Below are positions 54,269 through 64,000 of a stretch of DNA of 64,000 bases, in pieces (within the stretch, counting starts at the first letter, position 1; each line of letters opens with the position of its first letter). The notes beneath the pieces were generated by a model that was given only the letters and a program-made list of their open reading frames with translations, did not search any database and was not told the DNA's origin. The position numbers and the translations under genes are program-made. The stretch is from an uncultured Methanosarcinales archaeon (lineage in GTDB: Archaea > Nanobdellota > Nanobdellia > Woesearchaeales > GW2011-AR15): contig CAZHYZ010000001.1 in assembly GCA_964537195.1 (NCBI GenBank), positions 93,100-157,099 of the forward strand. Reading direction: 5' to 3'.

Positions 54269-54643
54269 ATGAAATTAATACTTTATTTACCTGGTAGTGA
54301 GGCACACAATTTTTTAGATAAATATGATCAACAGGATTTGTTGGAAGTTTCTCTGCAAGAATATACACCATCTGAGCTTTGTAGATCTATTAAAGAAATC
54401 AATCCTGAGAAAATCTTTTGGCTAGGTCTTGAAGATGAAATAAGTCTAGAGTATCTAACTAAATCTCTTGCAGGCCAAGATGTTTCACATGACCAAGCTG
54501 GACAGAAATTGTTTCAAGGTTATGTTAATGTTCTGGTTGGTACACATGCGAATTCTGTAATTATCTCAGAAAACAGTAAAATAAGAGCCTTTGCAAGAAT
54601 CAACAACATATCTTCTTATGATACTCTTGAAGATTCTCTCTGA
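54269..54643 (+). CDS. Hypothetical protein
   Basis: ORF fills the intergenic gap; SD-like GAGGG upstream. Confidence 0.5.
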   Translation: MKLILYLPGSEAHNFLDKYDQQDLLEVSLQEYTPSELCRSIKEINPEKIFWLGLEDEISLEYLTKSLAGQDVSHDQAGQKLFQGYVNVLVGTHANSVIISENSKIRAFARINNISSYDTLEDSL

Positions 54644-54724
54644 TTCCAAACACTTATAAACAAACAACTCCTCTCTGTTCTTGACAAGTGTCTTTGCTGA
54701 TTCTTGTTTTTGTGAGGTGTTATT

Positions 54725-55219
54725 ATGGCAAAGAAAAAGAAAAGTTCATCTAAAAAGAAAAAGACTACATCAAAAGAGAAAAAAACAGGCAAAAAAACAG
54801 TAAAATCAGGTTCAAAAATCAAGTTTCATTATACTGGTAAATTAAAAACAGGAGAATTATTTGATAAATCTGAAGGTCGCGGACCTTTAGAAGTAGAAAT
54901 CGGCAAAGGAATGATTATTCCTGGTCTAGAAGAAGGAATTAGTGGCATGAAAGAAGGAGAGAAAAAAGAGATTACTGTGGAGGCAAAAGATGCTTATGGA
55001 GCTCCAAGGGATGATATGATAAAAGAGATTCCTAAAGGACCAATTCCAGATGATGTTAAACTGGAACCAGGAACAATGCTTTATTTAAGAACTCAACAAG
55101 GACAACCTTTTCCTGCCAAAATACTTGAGGTTAAGGATGACACGGTTGTGTTGGATTTAAATCATCCTTTAGCTGGTAAAGATCTAATCTTCGAGATTGA
55201 GATTGTTGAAATAGCTTAA
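54725..55219 (+). CDS. slyD: FKBP-type peptidyl-prolyl isomerase (SlyD-like) with Lys-rich N-terminus
   Basis: HYTGKLKTGELFDKS, IIPGLEEG, DAYG, LDLNHPLAGKDLIFEIEIV. Confidence 0.9.
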   Translation: MAKKKKSSSKKKKTTSKEKKTGKKTVKSGSKIKFHYTGKLKTGELFDKSEGRGPLEVEIGKGMIIPGLEEGISGMKEGEKKEITVEAKDAYGAPRDDMIKEIPKGPIPDDVKLEPGTMLYLRTQQGQPFPAKILEVKDDTVVLDLNHPLAGKDLIFEIEIVEIA

Positions 55220-55260
55220 AATTTATATATTATTTTTTCTTTACTTTTTTAATTTTTGAG

Positions 55261-56730
55261 GTGTTCAAGATTAAGATACCAAGAACTATGTCGACACAGC
55301 ACCCTGATAATGTCAGGCAGCCTTTCTTTGTAGATAATTCTTTGATTGCAGGAGATGATGAGATTAAAGAAGCATATTATGCTTTTTCTCATTTAGATAT
55401 TAAAGAACAGTTATGGGACTGTGAAGGTAAGGAAGTTGATAATTTTGTTGTTGAAAAGTTATTGACAAAATATGAAGATTATTTTTCAAAGAAAAAGTTA
55501 GGAAAAGATGTTTTTATCACATTACGAGGGCCTAACCCAAGAGTTGAGGAGAACAAAGGAAAGCTATTGCTGGAAACTTTAGAAAGCATACCAAGGAATT
55601 ACGACATCGCAAATCATTTCTATAAAGAAGACATTGCACCAATATTTGAAATTGCAATTCCAATGACTAGTAGTGCAAATGAAATATTGAGAGTGAAAGA
55701 TTATTATAATAAATATATAGTTGGAAAACAAGACAAATTAACAAATGATATTAAAATAAAAGATTGGGTTGGTGAATTCAAACCTGACGAATTAAAGGTT
55801 ATTCCGTTAATAGAAGATAAAGAAAGCATGCTGGATGCGGATAAAATTGTTCATGACTATTTAAAGAAAACAAAAGAAGAATACATGAGAGTATGGCTTG
55901 CAAGAAGTGATACTGCTTTAAACTATGGTAATGTTTCTGCTATATTGATTAATAAGATGTCTTTCCAAAGACTGCATAAGTTAGAAGAATCAATTTCAGT
56001 AGATTTGTATCCTATTATTGGCTGTGGAAGTGTTCCTTTTAGAGGTGGCTTTCGTCCAGATAAATATCAAAATTGTATGAAAGCATATCCTTCTGTGCAG
56101 ACATTTACTTTACAATCTGCTTATAAATATGATTTTCCTGAAGATGTTGTCCGTAAATCTGTAGAACATATAGAGAATTCAAAAAGAAAAAATCCTGTGC
56201 AAGTAGATGAAGAAAGAGCTTTAGAAATTGTTGAAAAAGTCTCTTCCAAATATCAAGAACAAGTAACACATTTGGCTCCTTTAATAAACAATTTTGCCAC
56301 TTATATACCTAAAAGAAGGAAACGTAAGTTACATATTGGCTTATTTGGATATGCCAGAAAATATGCTAAAGTAACTTTGCCAAGGGCAATTAAATATTGT
56401 GCATCACTTTATTCATTAGGAATACCCCCGGAATTATTTGGTTTGTCTAGTTTAACAGAAAAAGATTTTGATTTTATTGAGGACGTAACAGAATCATTTA
56501 GAGAAGATATGAACGATGCTTTAAAATATGTGAATAAAGATAACTTGGAAATATTGCCTGAGAAAATAAAAAAAGATGTAAATAAAGTTTTAGAAAGGTA
56601 TGATTATGAAGTTGACATAAAACATAAAAAAATAACTTCATTTATATTGGATGAATATAAGAAAAATAAGACAGACTCTTTAATAGAAAATATAGAGAGA
56701 GCAGCTGCATCGAGAAATTTTTTAGGATAG
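55261..56730 (+). CDS. ppcA: Archaeal-type phosphoenolpyruvate carboxylase
   Basis: IPRTMSTQHPDN, WDCEGKEVD, RVWLARSD, GCGSVPFRG, RKLHIGLFGYAR, LPRAI. Confidence 0.95.
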   Translation: MFKIKIPRTMSTQHPDNVRQPFFVDNSLIAGDDEIKEAYYAFSHLDIKEQLWDCEGKEVDNFVVEKLLTKYEDYFSKKKLGKDVFITLRGPNPRVEENKGKLLLETLESIPRNYDIANHFYKEDIAPIFEIAIPMTSSANEILRVKDYYNKYIVGKQDKLTNDIKIKDWVGEFKPDELKVIPLIEDKESMLDADKIVHDYLKKTKEEYMRVWLARSDTALNYGNVSAILINKMSFQRLHKLEESISVDLYPIIGCGSVPFRGGFRPDKYQNCMKAYPSVQTFTLQSAYKYDFPEDVVRKSVEHIENSKRKNPVQVDEERALEIVEKVSSKYQEQVTHLAPLINNFATYIPKRRKRKLHIGLFGYARKYAKVTLPRAIKYCASLYSLGIPPELFGLSSLTEKDFDFIEDVTESFREDMNDALKYVNKDNLEILPEKIKKDVNKVLERYDYEVDIKHKKITSFILDEYKKNKTDSLIENIERAAASRNFLG

Positions 56731-56769
56731 TTTTAAATAATAAAATATATTTTGAGGTGGTTTACAACT

Positions 56770-57267
56770 ATGACATCAATAACTGAAATTCATAAGGCAG
56801 GAAAGCCATTAATGGCGGTATTATATCCGGATACACAAATGAGACAAGGAAGTTTTCCAAATCCTAATCCGGAAAAGAAAAACATGCCTGAACTTTATGA
56901 GACAAACTTATTAGTTGTATGGACAACTACAAGTCACCAAGGCGACATTCAATTAAGGACAGAATATGTTTCGCCAATTGAAAAACAATTAATAGAAGAA
57001 CTGCCAGAACATTACCAGCCAGGTGAACAATTATTTAAGTCTGCTTTAGAGATATATAAAATGTTGCCAGAGAAAGTCGTTCCATTACTGGTCTTATCGG
57101 AAGATAGAGAGTTTGAGCAAAGCAGATACTATGTTAATTTAGTGTTTGAAAATCCTCAGGAACTTGGTTATTTTGCTTCACTGCCTTTAGAACATATAAT
57201 TAAATTAAAAAGGCCCACATATATTCCAAAAAGAGAAAAGGATGTAGATGAGACACCTAGTATCTAA
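56770..57267 (+). CDS. Hypothetical protein
   Basis: ORF with SD-like GAGGTGG before the ATG at 56770. Confidence 0.55.
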   Translation: MTSITEIHKAGKPLMAVLYPDTQMRQGSFPNPNPEKKNMPELYETNLLVVWTTTSHQGDIQLRTEYVSPIEKQLIEELPEHYQPGEQLFKSALEIYKMLPEKVVPLLVLSEDREFEQSRYYVNLVFENPQELGYFASLPLEHIIKLKRPTYIPKREKDVDETPSI

Positions 57268-57397
57268 TTAAAGATTAAGTGATTCTTTCAGATACTATGT
57301 TGAAAATATATTATAAAAAAATTCGAAAGACCAATCTATTATTGGCAAACTTTTAGGATAGATTTATATAATTAATTATGCTTAATAGAGGATAAAA

Positions 57398-59164
57398 ATG
57401 TTAAGAACAAATAATTGTGGCGAGTTAAGGGAAAAAGATATTAAGAAATCTGTTAAATTATGTGGATGGGTCCAGTCATATAGAGATCACGGTGGAGTCA
57501 TTTTTATTGACTTAAGAGACAGATATGGGTTAACACAAATAGTTTTTGACCCAAGTCACAATAAAAAGATGCATAAATTGGCTGATTCTTTGAGAAGAGA
57601 AGATGTTATACAGGCGGAAGGAAAAGTCCGATTTAGAGGAAAAGGACTTGTCAATAAAAAATTAGATACTGGAGAGATTGAGGTTCTTGCAGATTCTTTA
57701 GAAATATTAAACAAGAGTAAAGTTCCTCCTTTTGAACTTAATGACAGAATCTCTGTAAACGAAGATCTGAGATTAAAATATAGATTTTTAGACCTCAGAA
57801 GACCACAGATGCAGAGAAATATTAGGAATAGACACGAAGTAATACAGACAATTAGATCTTATCTGAATAAACAAGACTTTTTAGAGATAGAGACGCCATT
57901 ATTAGCTAAGAGTACTCCTGAAGGAGCTCGAGATTATTTGGTTCCCAGCAGGGTAAATCCTGGAAAGTTTTATGCACTCCCTCAGAGTCCTCAATTATAC
58001 AAACAGATATTAATGGTTTCTGGAATGGATCGTTATTATCAAATTGCTCGTTGCTTAAGAGACGAAGATTTAAGAGCAGATAGACAACCAGAATTCACAC
58101 AGATAGATATTGAGATGTCATTTGTTGAGGAAGAGGACATTTTCTCTTTAGTTGAAGGTATGTTAAAGAAAATCTGGAAAAAAGTTCTAGAAGTAAAAAT
58201 TAAGACACCTTTTCCAAGAATGACTTACCAAGAAGCAATGGACAAATATGGAACAGATAGACCCGATACAAGTTTTGATATGCATTTAATTAATTTGACA
58301 GAGGAAGTAAAAGAATCTAAATTTAAGGTTTTCAGTGATTTAGTAAAAAAAGGTGGTACAGTTAAATGTCTTAATGTTAAAAAATCTAACTTTTCAAGAA
58401 AGGACATTGATGAGTTTGCTGAATTTGTTAAGATATACGATGCTAAAGGTCTTGCCTGGATGAGGATGTCAGATAAGTTAGAAAGCAGTATTACGAAACA
58501 TTTTTCTGATAAAACCCTTAAGAAGATTGAGAAAAAGACAAAAGCGAAAAAAGGGGATTTGTTGTTGTTTGTTGCAGATAAAAAACACAAAATTGTAAAT
58601 GATGCACTTGCAGCTCTCCGCTTAAGGATAGGTGATGATTTAGGCTTAATAGACAAATCAAAATTCAACTTTTTATGGGTTATTGATTTTCCTATGCTGG
58701 AATTTGATGAGAATGAACAAAAACATGTTGCAGTACATCATCCATTTACAAGCCCAAAACCTGAAGATATGAAATATATGGATAAAGATCCTGGTAAAGT
58801 CAGAGCAAGAGCATATGATGTTGTTCTCAATGGTTGGGAAATAGGTGGAGGTTCTATTAGAATACACAATCAGGAATTACAAAAAAAAGTCTTTGATGTA
58901 CTTGGAATTTCAAAAAAAGAAGCAAAAGAAAGGTATGGCTTCTTATTAAGAGCATTTGAATATGGTGCTCCACCCCACGGAGGCATTGCACTTGGTGTGG
59001 ATAGACTGATTACATTAATTACTCAGAGTGAGTCTTTGAGAGAAGTAATTGCATTCCCTAAAAACAAGGATGCAGAGGAATTAATGGTGGGTTCTCCAAG
59101 TGAAGTAGATAAAAACCAATTAAAAGAACTCCATCTTAAATTAGATATAGTAAAGAAAAAATAA
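57398..59164 (+). CDS. aspS: Aspartyl-tRNA synthetase, bacterial type (GAD insertion), probably non-discriminating
   Basis: RDHGGVIFIDLRDRYG, STPEGARDYLVPSR, RADRQPEFTQIDIEMSF, HHPFT, GAPPHGG; 588 aa. Confidence 0.95.
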   Translation: MLRTNNCGELREKDIKKSVKLCGWVQSYRDHGGVIFIDLRDRYGLTQIVFDPSHNKKMHKLADSLRREDVIQAEGKVRFRGKGLVNKKLDTGEIEVLADSLEILNKSKVPPFELNDRISVNEDLRLKYRFLDLRRPQMQRNIRNRHEVIQTIRSYLNKQDFLEIETPLLAKSTPEGARDYLVPSRVNPGKFYALPQSPQLYKQILMVSGMDRYYQIARCLRDEDLRADRQPEFTQIDIEMSFVEEEDIFSLVEGMLKKIWKKVLEVKIKTPFPRMTYQEAMDKYGTDRPDTSFDMHLINLTEEVKESKFKVFSDLVKKGGTVKCLNVKKSNFSRKDIDEFAEFVKIYDAKGLAWMRMSDKLESSITKHFSDKTLKKIEKKTKAKKGDLLLFVADKKHKIVNDALAALRLRIGDDLGLIDKSKFNFLWVIDFPMLEFDENEQKHVAVHHPFTSPKPEDMKYMDKDPGKVRARAYDVVLNGWEIGGGSIRIHNQELQKKVFDVLGISKKEAKERYGFLLRAFEYGAPPHGGIALGVDRLITLITQSESLREVIAFPKNKDAEELMVGSPSEVDKNQLKELHLKLDIVKKK

Positions 59165-59196
59165 CATTTTTATATTCACTTCATTAACTTCTATTC

Positions 59197-60138
59197 ATGG
59201 TTGAAGTATTTTATGTTGATACAGAGAATATTAAGAAAGGTAAACTAGAGAAACTTACAAGCCATAAAACTTGGATTAGAGTAGTTAATCCTACTTTAGA
59301 TAAGATAGAATTACTTTCCCAACATACAAAAATCCCTCTCGAGGAATTAAAAGAATCTCTTGAGGAGGAGGAACGTCCAAAGGTTTCTTCTGGAGATTAT
59401 CTAGAGATAATTTATAGAGCACCTTATACAGTTTCACAAGATCTAGAAACATTGCCGATTTACTTCTATCTTTTTAGAGATAAATTAATTACGATTGAGA
59501 AAAAACCCTTGCCAATAATGGAAAAAATCTCCTCAGAGATGTCTAAAAACAAAAACAAATTTCTTTTTAAAAGAGGATTTCCATATTTCATTTTTCATGT
59601 AATTGACCAGATTAATGATGATTATCTTCTCAAGATAGATAAAATTGCAGCCCGTATTGACATCTATGAGAATTTTTCAAAACGGGAGATGACTGTAAAT
59701 GATATTGAGAGAATGTATGATCAGTCAGTCACTTTAAGTTTCTTTAATCAGGCATTAATAGCAAACGTTGAAGTACTTAACTCTTTAAGAAAAGGATATT
59801 TTAACTTATTAAGGCCCCGGGATAAACATATGTTTGAAGAACTTTATTATAATGTCTTACAGATAGTGGATACAGAAAAAGTTCAGAGAGAAGCAATTAC
59901 TAACTTGATCAATGTTCAAGCTATATTAACTTCTACGAGGCTTAATCAATTTATGAAGAGACTAACCTCAATTGCATTGATAGTTGCAATCCCTACATTA
60001 TTATCTGGAATCTATGGTATGAATTTCAAATATATTCCCTTAGCAGAACACAGATATGGGTTTTGGATAATCTCAGGTATAATGATTATAATTAGTATTA
60101 TGTTTTTGTATTTATTTGAAAAACTCGATTGGCTATGA
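59197..60138 (+). CDS. corA: CorA-family Mg2+ transporter
   Basis: PTLLSGIYGMNF signature, two C-terminal TM segments. Confidence 0.92.
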   Translation: MVEVFYVDTENIKKGKLEKLTSHKTWIRVVNPTLDKIELLSQHTKIPLEELKESLEEEERPKVSSGDYLEIIYRAPYTVSQDLETLPIYFYLFRDKLITIEKKPLPIMEKISSEMSKNKNKFLFKRGFPYFIFHVIDQINDDYLLKIDKIAARIDIYENFSKREMTVNDIERMYDQSVTLSFFNQALIANVEVLNSLRKGYFNLLRPRDKHMFEELYYNVLQIVDTEKVQREAITNLINVQAILTSTRLNQFMKRLTSIALIVAIPTLLSGIYGMNFKYIPLAEHRYGFWIISGIMIIISIMFLYLFEKLDWL

Positions 60139-60707
60139 TTTCGACATATATCTTTGATTTGGACGACACAATTATAGACACAAGTATTTATGCTAGAATG
60201 TATAACTCAGTAATACAAGAAATTCTTGATAATTTAGATATCTCAGAAATAGAATTACAAAAAAAAATTAATGAGATTAAAGAGGACTCACAGAGAAAAC
60301 CAGACACACATGAATTGTGTAAGAAACTGAATGTTGAGGAAATTTATTATAAAGTGTTGAAAAGATACATAAGACACACTTATACTTTAAAAACAAAGTC
60401 AATTCCTTCTATCTTCAAGAAAATAAAAGAAAAAGGAAAGAAAATTGGTATAGTGAGTAAATCTCAGGAAAAAACAATAGGTCTTTTTTTAGATAGGTTT
60501 AATCTTCTTGATTATGTTGATTTTATTGTTTCTGGAAAGAAAGATACGGTGTTATTTTGGATAACACTTGAGAAAAAACAGAAATTACAAAAAGAAGACA
60601 CTCTTGTAATAGATGATTCTGATGAAATTTTGGAAGTTGCAGAACATGCAGGATATAAGGTTCTTAATGTGAAGAATCTTGATAATATCGACAAATTTGA
60701 TTTTTAG
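60135..60707 (+). CDS. HAD-superfamily hydrolase
   Basis: FDLDDTIID motif I, IGIVS, VIDDS. Confidence 0.85.
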   Translation: MISTYIFDLDDTIIDTSIYARMYNSVIQEILDNLDISEIELQKKINEIKEDSQRKPDTHELCKKLNVEEIYYKVLKRYIRHTYTLKTKSIPSIFKKIKEKGKKIGIVSKSQEKTIGLFLDRFNLLDYVDFIVSGKKDTVLFWITLEKKQKLQKEDTLVIDDSDEILEVAEHAGYKVLNVKNLDNIDKFDF

Positions 60708-60745
60708 TAATAAGTTTTATATATTTTTCAGTAATATAAGTGACT

Positions 60746-61030
60746 ATGAAAATAAATAAAAACGTGATAAAGCATGTTGCAGAGGTTGCTAGGCTTGAGT
60801 TAACTGGAGAGGAGATAAGAGAATTCTTGCCACAACTAAAAGAAATTCTAAAAACCCTTTCTAAGATACAAGAAGTTGATACAAAAAACACCCTCCCTAG
60901 TTATCATGCTGTTGATATTAAGAATGCATTAAGAGAAGATACTCCCAGAAATAGTCTTTCACAAGATGAAGCATTGAAGAATACAAAGAATAAGAAAGAC
61001 GGTTATTTTATGGGTCCGAAGGTAGTTTAA
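60746..61030 (+). CDS. gatC: Asp/Glu-tRNA amidotransferase subunit C
   Basis: HVAEVARLEL, LREDTP, DGYFMGPKV. Confidence 0.93.
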   Translation: MKINKNVIKHVAEVARLELTGEEIREFLPQLKEILKTLSKIQEVDTKNTLPSYHAVDIKNALREDTPRNSLSQDEALKNTKNKKDGYFMGPKVV

Positions 61031-62400
61031 TGAACTCAATTGAATTTATCAAAGAAGCAAAAAAAGGAAAAGTTGATGTAGTTAAAAACACTGGAAAAAC
61101 CTTAAAAAAAATAAAAGATATCAACAAAGATTACAATTACTTTATAACGATTGATGAAAAGCATTCTCTAGAACAAGCCAAGAATATTAAAAAAGGTCGA
61201 TTATATGGGTTGCCTGTTTCTATAAAAGATTGCGTCTGTGTAAAGGATATGGAGACAAAATCAAGCAGTAAGATTCTAGAAGGCTATAAACCTGTTTTTG
61301 ATTCTACTGTTGTTAAGAAAATAAAGGATGAAGGCGGCATCATTGTCGGAAAGACAACACAAGATGTTTTTGGGTTTGGTTCCTTTAATACAAATGTTGG
61401 TATAGGATATAAAAAACCCAAGAATCCTTTTGATAAGAAAAGAGCTACTGGCGGTTCTTCTGGTGGAGCAGCAGGAATTACTCAGAAACTTGACGCACAT
61501 ATTGCTATAGCTGAGAGTACTGGAGGCAGTATTACTTGTCCTGCAGCTTATTGTGGTGTTTATGGGATAACTCCAACTTATGGCCGTGTTTCTAGGTATG
61601 GTCTAATAGATTATGCTAACAGCATGGATAAGATTGGAGTGATGGCTAAATCAATGGAGGAAATAGCCCTGATGCTTGAGATTATTTCTGGTTATGATGA
61701 AAAAGATTCAACTTCTGTGGATAAAGAATTTCCAAAGTTCACTAAACAGGAACACAGTAAGTTTAAGATAGCAATTTTAGAAGATTTTATGGGGAAAGGA
61801 GTTCAAAAAGGTGTTAAGGAAAATCTACTTAGTTCCTTAAATAATGTTGAATACAAGAAAGAAAAACTTCCTCTAACTTTCAAATATGGTATTCCATGTT
61901 ATTATCTCTTATCAATGTCTGAAGCCTCTACAAATTTAGCTAAATTATCTGGCATGAGATATGGATATGAAATTCCTGTTAAAGGAAACTTCAACGAATA
62001 TTTCTCTAAAGTTAGGAGTAAGGCTTTTTCAAAAGAAGCTAAACGAAGAATTATTTTAGGGACTTTTGCTAGAATGACAGGATTCAGAGATGCATTTTAC
62101 CTACAAGCCTTGAAAGTTAGAACAAAAATAATTGAGGAATACAAAAAACTGTTCAGAAAATATGATTTATTGATAACCCCAAGTATGCCTAACATTGCCC
62201 CCAAATTTACAGACATAGAAAGATTAACTCCTTTAGAGAATTTCATGATGGATATTATGACTGTAGGTCCAAATATTGCAGGATTGCCTCATTTAACAAT
62301 ACCTAATGGGTTCTCAGATAAAATGCCAACAGGCATGCAAGTTATTGCAGATCATTTCAATGAACAAAAATTAATAGATTTTGGAAGGTGTCTTAAATGA
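61030..62400 (+). CDS. gatA: Asp/Glu-tRNA amidotransferase subunit A
   Basis: GLPVSIKD, GGSSGGAA, ESTGGSI, PTYGRVSRYGL, KRRIILGTF. Confidence 0.95.
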   Translation: MNSIEFIKEAKKGKVDVVKNTGKTLKKIKDINKDYNYFITIDEKHSLEQAKNIKKGRLYGLPVSIKDCVCVKDMETKSSSKILEGYKPVFDSTVVKKIKDEGGIIVGKTTQDVFGFGSFNTNVGIGYKKPKNPFDKKRATGGSSGGAAGITQKLDAHIAIAESTGGSITCPAAYCGVYGITPTYGRVSRYGLIDYANSMDKIGVMAKSMEEIALMLEIISGYDEKDSTSVDKEFPKFTKQEHSKFKIAILEDFMGKGVQKGVKENLLSSLNNVEYKKEKLPLTFKYGIPCYYLLSMSEASTNLAKLSGMRYGYEIPVKGNFNEYFSKVRSKAFSKEAKRRIILGTFARMTGFRDAFYLQALKVRTKIIEEYKKLFRKYDLLITPSMPNIAPKFTDIERLTPLENFMMDIMTVGPNIAGLPHLTIPNGFSDKMPTGMQVIADHFNEQKLIDFGRCLK

Positions 62401-63185
62401 AAAAATTAGGTTTAGCTTTAAGTAGTGGTGGTGCACGTGGATTTGCTCATCTTGGTGTAATTAAGGTTTTAGAAAAACACAACATACCAATACATTGCAT
62501 TTCTGGAACAAGTATGGGTGCAATAATGGCAGCTTATTATGCTTTGTATCAAGAAACAGAAAAATTAGAGAAGATAGCGTCAGAATTTAGGAAGAGAGAC
62601 ATATTAAAACTTGTTGATCTTAATGATCCTAGAGTTTCAATAGTCAAAGGAGAAAAAGTAAGAAACTTTCTAAACGAATTCTTTGAAGGCAAGACATTTG
62701 AAGATACTAAAATTCCTCTTGCGGTTTCAGCCACAACTCTTGAAGAAGGTAAAGAAGTTGTTTTTAAATCTGGGAATATAATGGATGCAATCATTCCATC
62801 TGGAACTGTTCCAGGAGTTTTTCCTGCAAGAGAATATAAGGGCAAGCATCTTGTAGACGGAGGTTTGGCTGATGCCACTCCTGTAGATTTATGTGAAGAC
62901 CTGGGTGCAGAAGCTGTAATTGCTGTCAATCTTTATAATTTTACTAACACAGAGAACAGAAATTACAAAAACATGAAAGAAGTGCTTTTTAGAACATATG
63001 AGATAATTATGACAAAATTGTCAGAATACAGGATTAAGGAGTACAAAGAAAACATACTTGTTTTGAGACCTAAAACAGGCAATAAATTTCAGACATTTTC
63101 ATTTCATCATGCAAAGGATAATGTTGAAGCAGGAATTAGGGTAGCAGAAGAGAATATTGATAAAATCAAGAAATTAATAGAATGA
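62397..63185 (+). CDS. Patatin-like phospholipase (RssA/NTE family)
   Basis: SSGGARG, GTSMG nucleophile elbow, LVDGG. Confidence 0.9.
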   Translation: MKKLGLALSSGGARGFAHLGVIKVLEKHNIPIHCISGTSMGAIMAAYYALYQETEKLEKIASEFRKRDILKLVDLNDPRVSIVKGEKVRNFLNEFFEGKTFEDTKIPLAVSATTLEEGKEVVFKSGNIMDAIIPSGTVPGVFPAREYKGKHLVDGGLADATPVDLCEDLGAEAVIAVNLYNFTNTENRNYKNMKEVLFRTYEIIMTKLSEYRIKEYKENILVLRPKTGNKFQTFSFHHAKDNVEAGIRVAEENIDKIKKLIE

Positions 63186-64000
63186 AGCCAGATATTAAGA
63201 TAGGATTAGAAATTCATGTCGAACTTAATACTTTAAGTAAATTATTTTGTAGTTGCCCCACCCAAGGTAGTGAGGAGCCAAACACAAGAACTTGTGAAAT
63301 TTGTCTCGGTATGCCGGGTAGTAAACCAAAATTAAATGAAAGAGCCATAAAACATGTTGTGAAATTAGCAAAAGCCCTTAATTGTAAACTTTCTAAAGAA
63401 GTATTATTCTCAAGAAAAAATTATTTTTATCCAGACATGTCTAAAAATTATCAAATAACACAATATGAGATTCCTATTGGCTCTAAAGGTAAACTTGATA
63501 AAGTTGGCATAATAAGAATACATCTTGAGGAGGATCCAGCTTCTTTGATACATCCTATGGGAATAGAAAATTCAAAATATGTTCTTGTTGATTATAATAG
63601 GTCTGGAAATCCTCTTTGCGAAATTGTTACAGAGCCAGATATTGGTTCAGCAGAAGAAGCTCGTAATTTTATGAAGAAATTAATTTCCCTACTTAGATAT
63701 CTGGAGATTTTTGACCCGAAGAAACACAGGATAAAAGCAGATGTTAATGTCTCAATAAAAGAATCTGGTTACATAAGATCTGAAATAAAAAACATAACAG
63801 GAGCTAGAGAAATTTCTCGAGCCATAGAATATGAGATACCTAGACAAAAACAATTAGTTAAAGAAAAGAAATTAAATCAAGAAACCCGTGCGTGGAATGC
63901 TGAAAAAGGTATTACAAGTTTGTTGAGAACAAAAGAATCTGAAGAAGATTATGGCTATATTTTTGATCCTGATTTAGTAAAGATTGAACTGACAAATGAT
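63182..64000 (+). CDS. gatB: Asp/Glu-tRNA amidotransferase subunit B (partial, runs off the window)
   Basis: Not in ORF track. MKPDIKIGLEIHVELNTLSKLFCSC, RKNYFYPDMSKNYQITQY, HLEEDPA, VDYNRSGNPLCEIVTEPD. Confidence 0.95.
   Translation, partial: MKPDIKIGLEIHVELNTLSKLFCSCPTQGSEEPNTRTCEICLGMPGSKPKLNERAIKHVVKLAKALNCKLSKEVLFSRKNYFYPDMSKNYQITQYEIPIGSKGKLDKVGIIRIHLEEDPASLIHPMGIENSKYVLVDYNRSGNPLCEIVTEPDIGSAEEARNFMKKLISLLRYLEIFDPKKHRIKADVNVSIKESGYIRSEIKNITGAREISRAIEYEIPRQKQLVKEKKLNQETRAWNAEKGITSLLRTKESEEDYGYIFDPDLVKIELTND

Noticed and set aside
57268..57397. Possible leader peptide upstream of aspS (MLKIYYKKIRKTNLLLANF*)
   Set aside because: No Asp codons, no Asn run and no terminator-like hairpin, unlike the valS leader.

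Overview
AT-rich archaeal chromosome segment, most likely from a DPANN archaeon of the Woesearchaeota type. This is inferred from the archaeal PCNA, RpoD, L18e, PpcA and RPA genes, the BHB-intron tRNAs and many K/R-K/R-G/A/S class III signal peptides. Housekeeping genes are rpa, pcn, rnj, ogg, valS, dut, tmk, rps13-rps4-rps11-rpoD-tRNA-Leu-rpl18e-rpl13-rps9, slyD, ppcA, a bacterial-type aspS, corA and gatC-gatA-patatin-gatB. They are interleaved with three clusters holding about 23 genes for pilin-like proteins, two of which are missing from the ORF track, and with several giant Cys/Asp-rich surface proteins. Highlights: (1) a 1226-aa prepilin-like protein carrying NlpC/P60-like (catalytic Cys->Ser), lytic transglycosylase and HExxH peptidase modules, i.e. 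a candidate pilus-borne weapon against bacterial cell walls; (2) a pilin-cohesin fusion directly upstream of an anchorless giant protein with a dockerin-like motif; (3) a Val4 leader peptide with attenuator-like hairpins upstream of valS; (4) tRNA genes with non-canonical BHB introns, one with three introns; (5) tRNA 3'-end duplications enclosing mini palindromic elements; (6) a C/D-box-like sRNA whose guide may target 23S rRNA helix 69. All domain calls are by eye from motifs; no searches were run.
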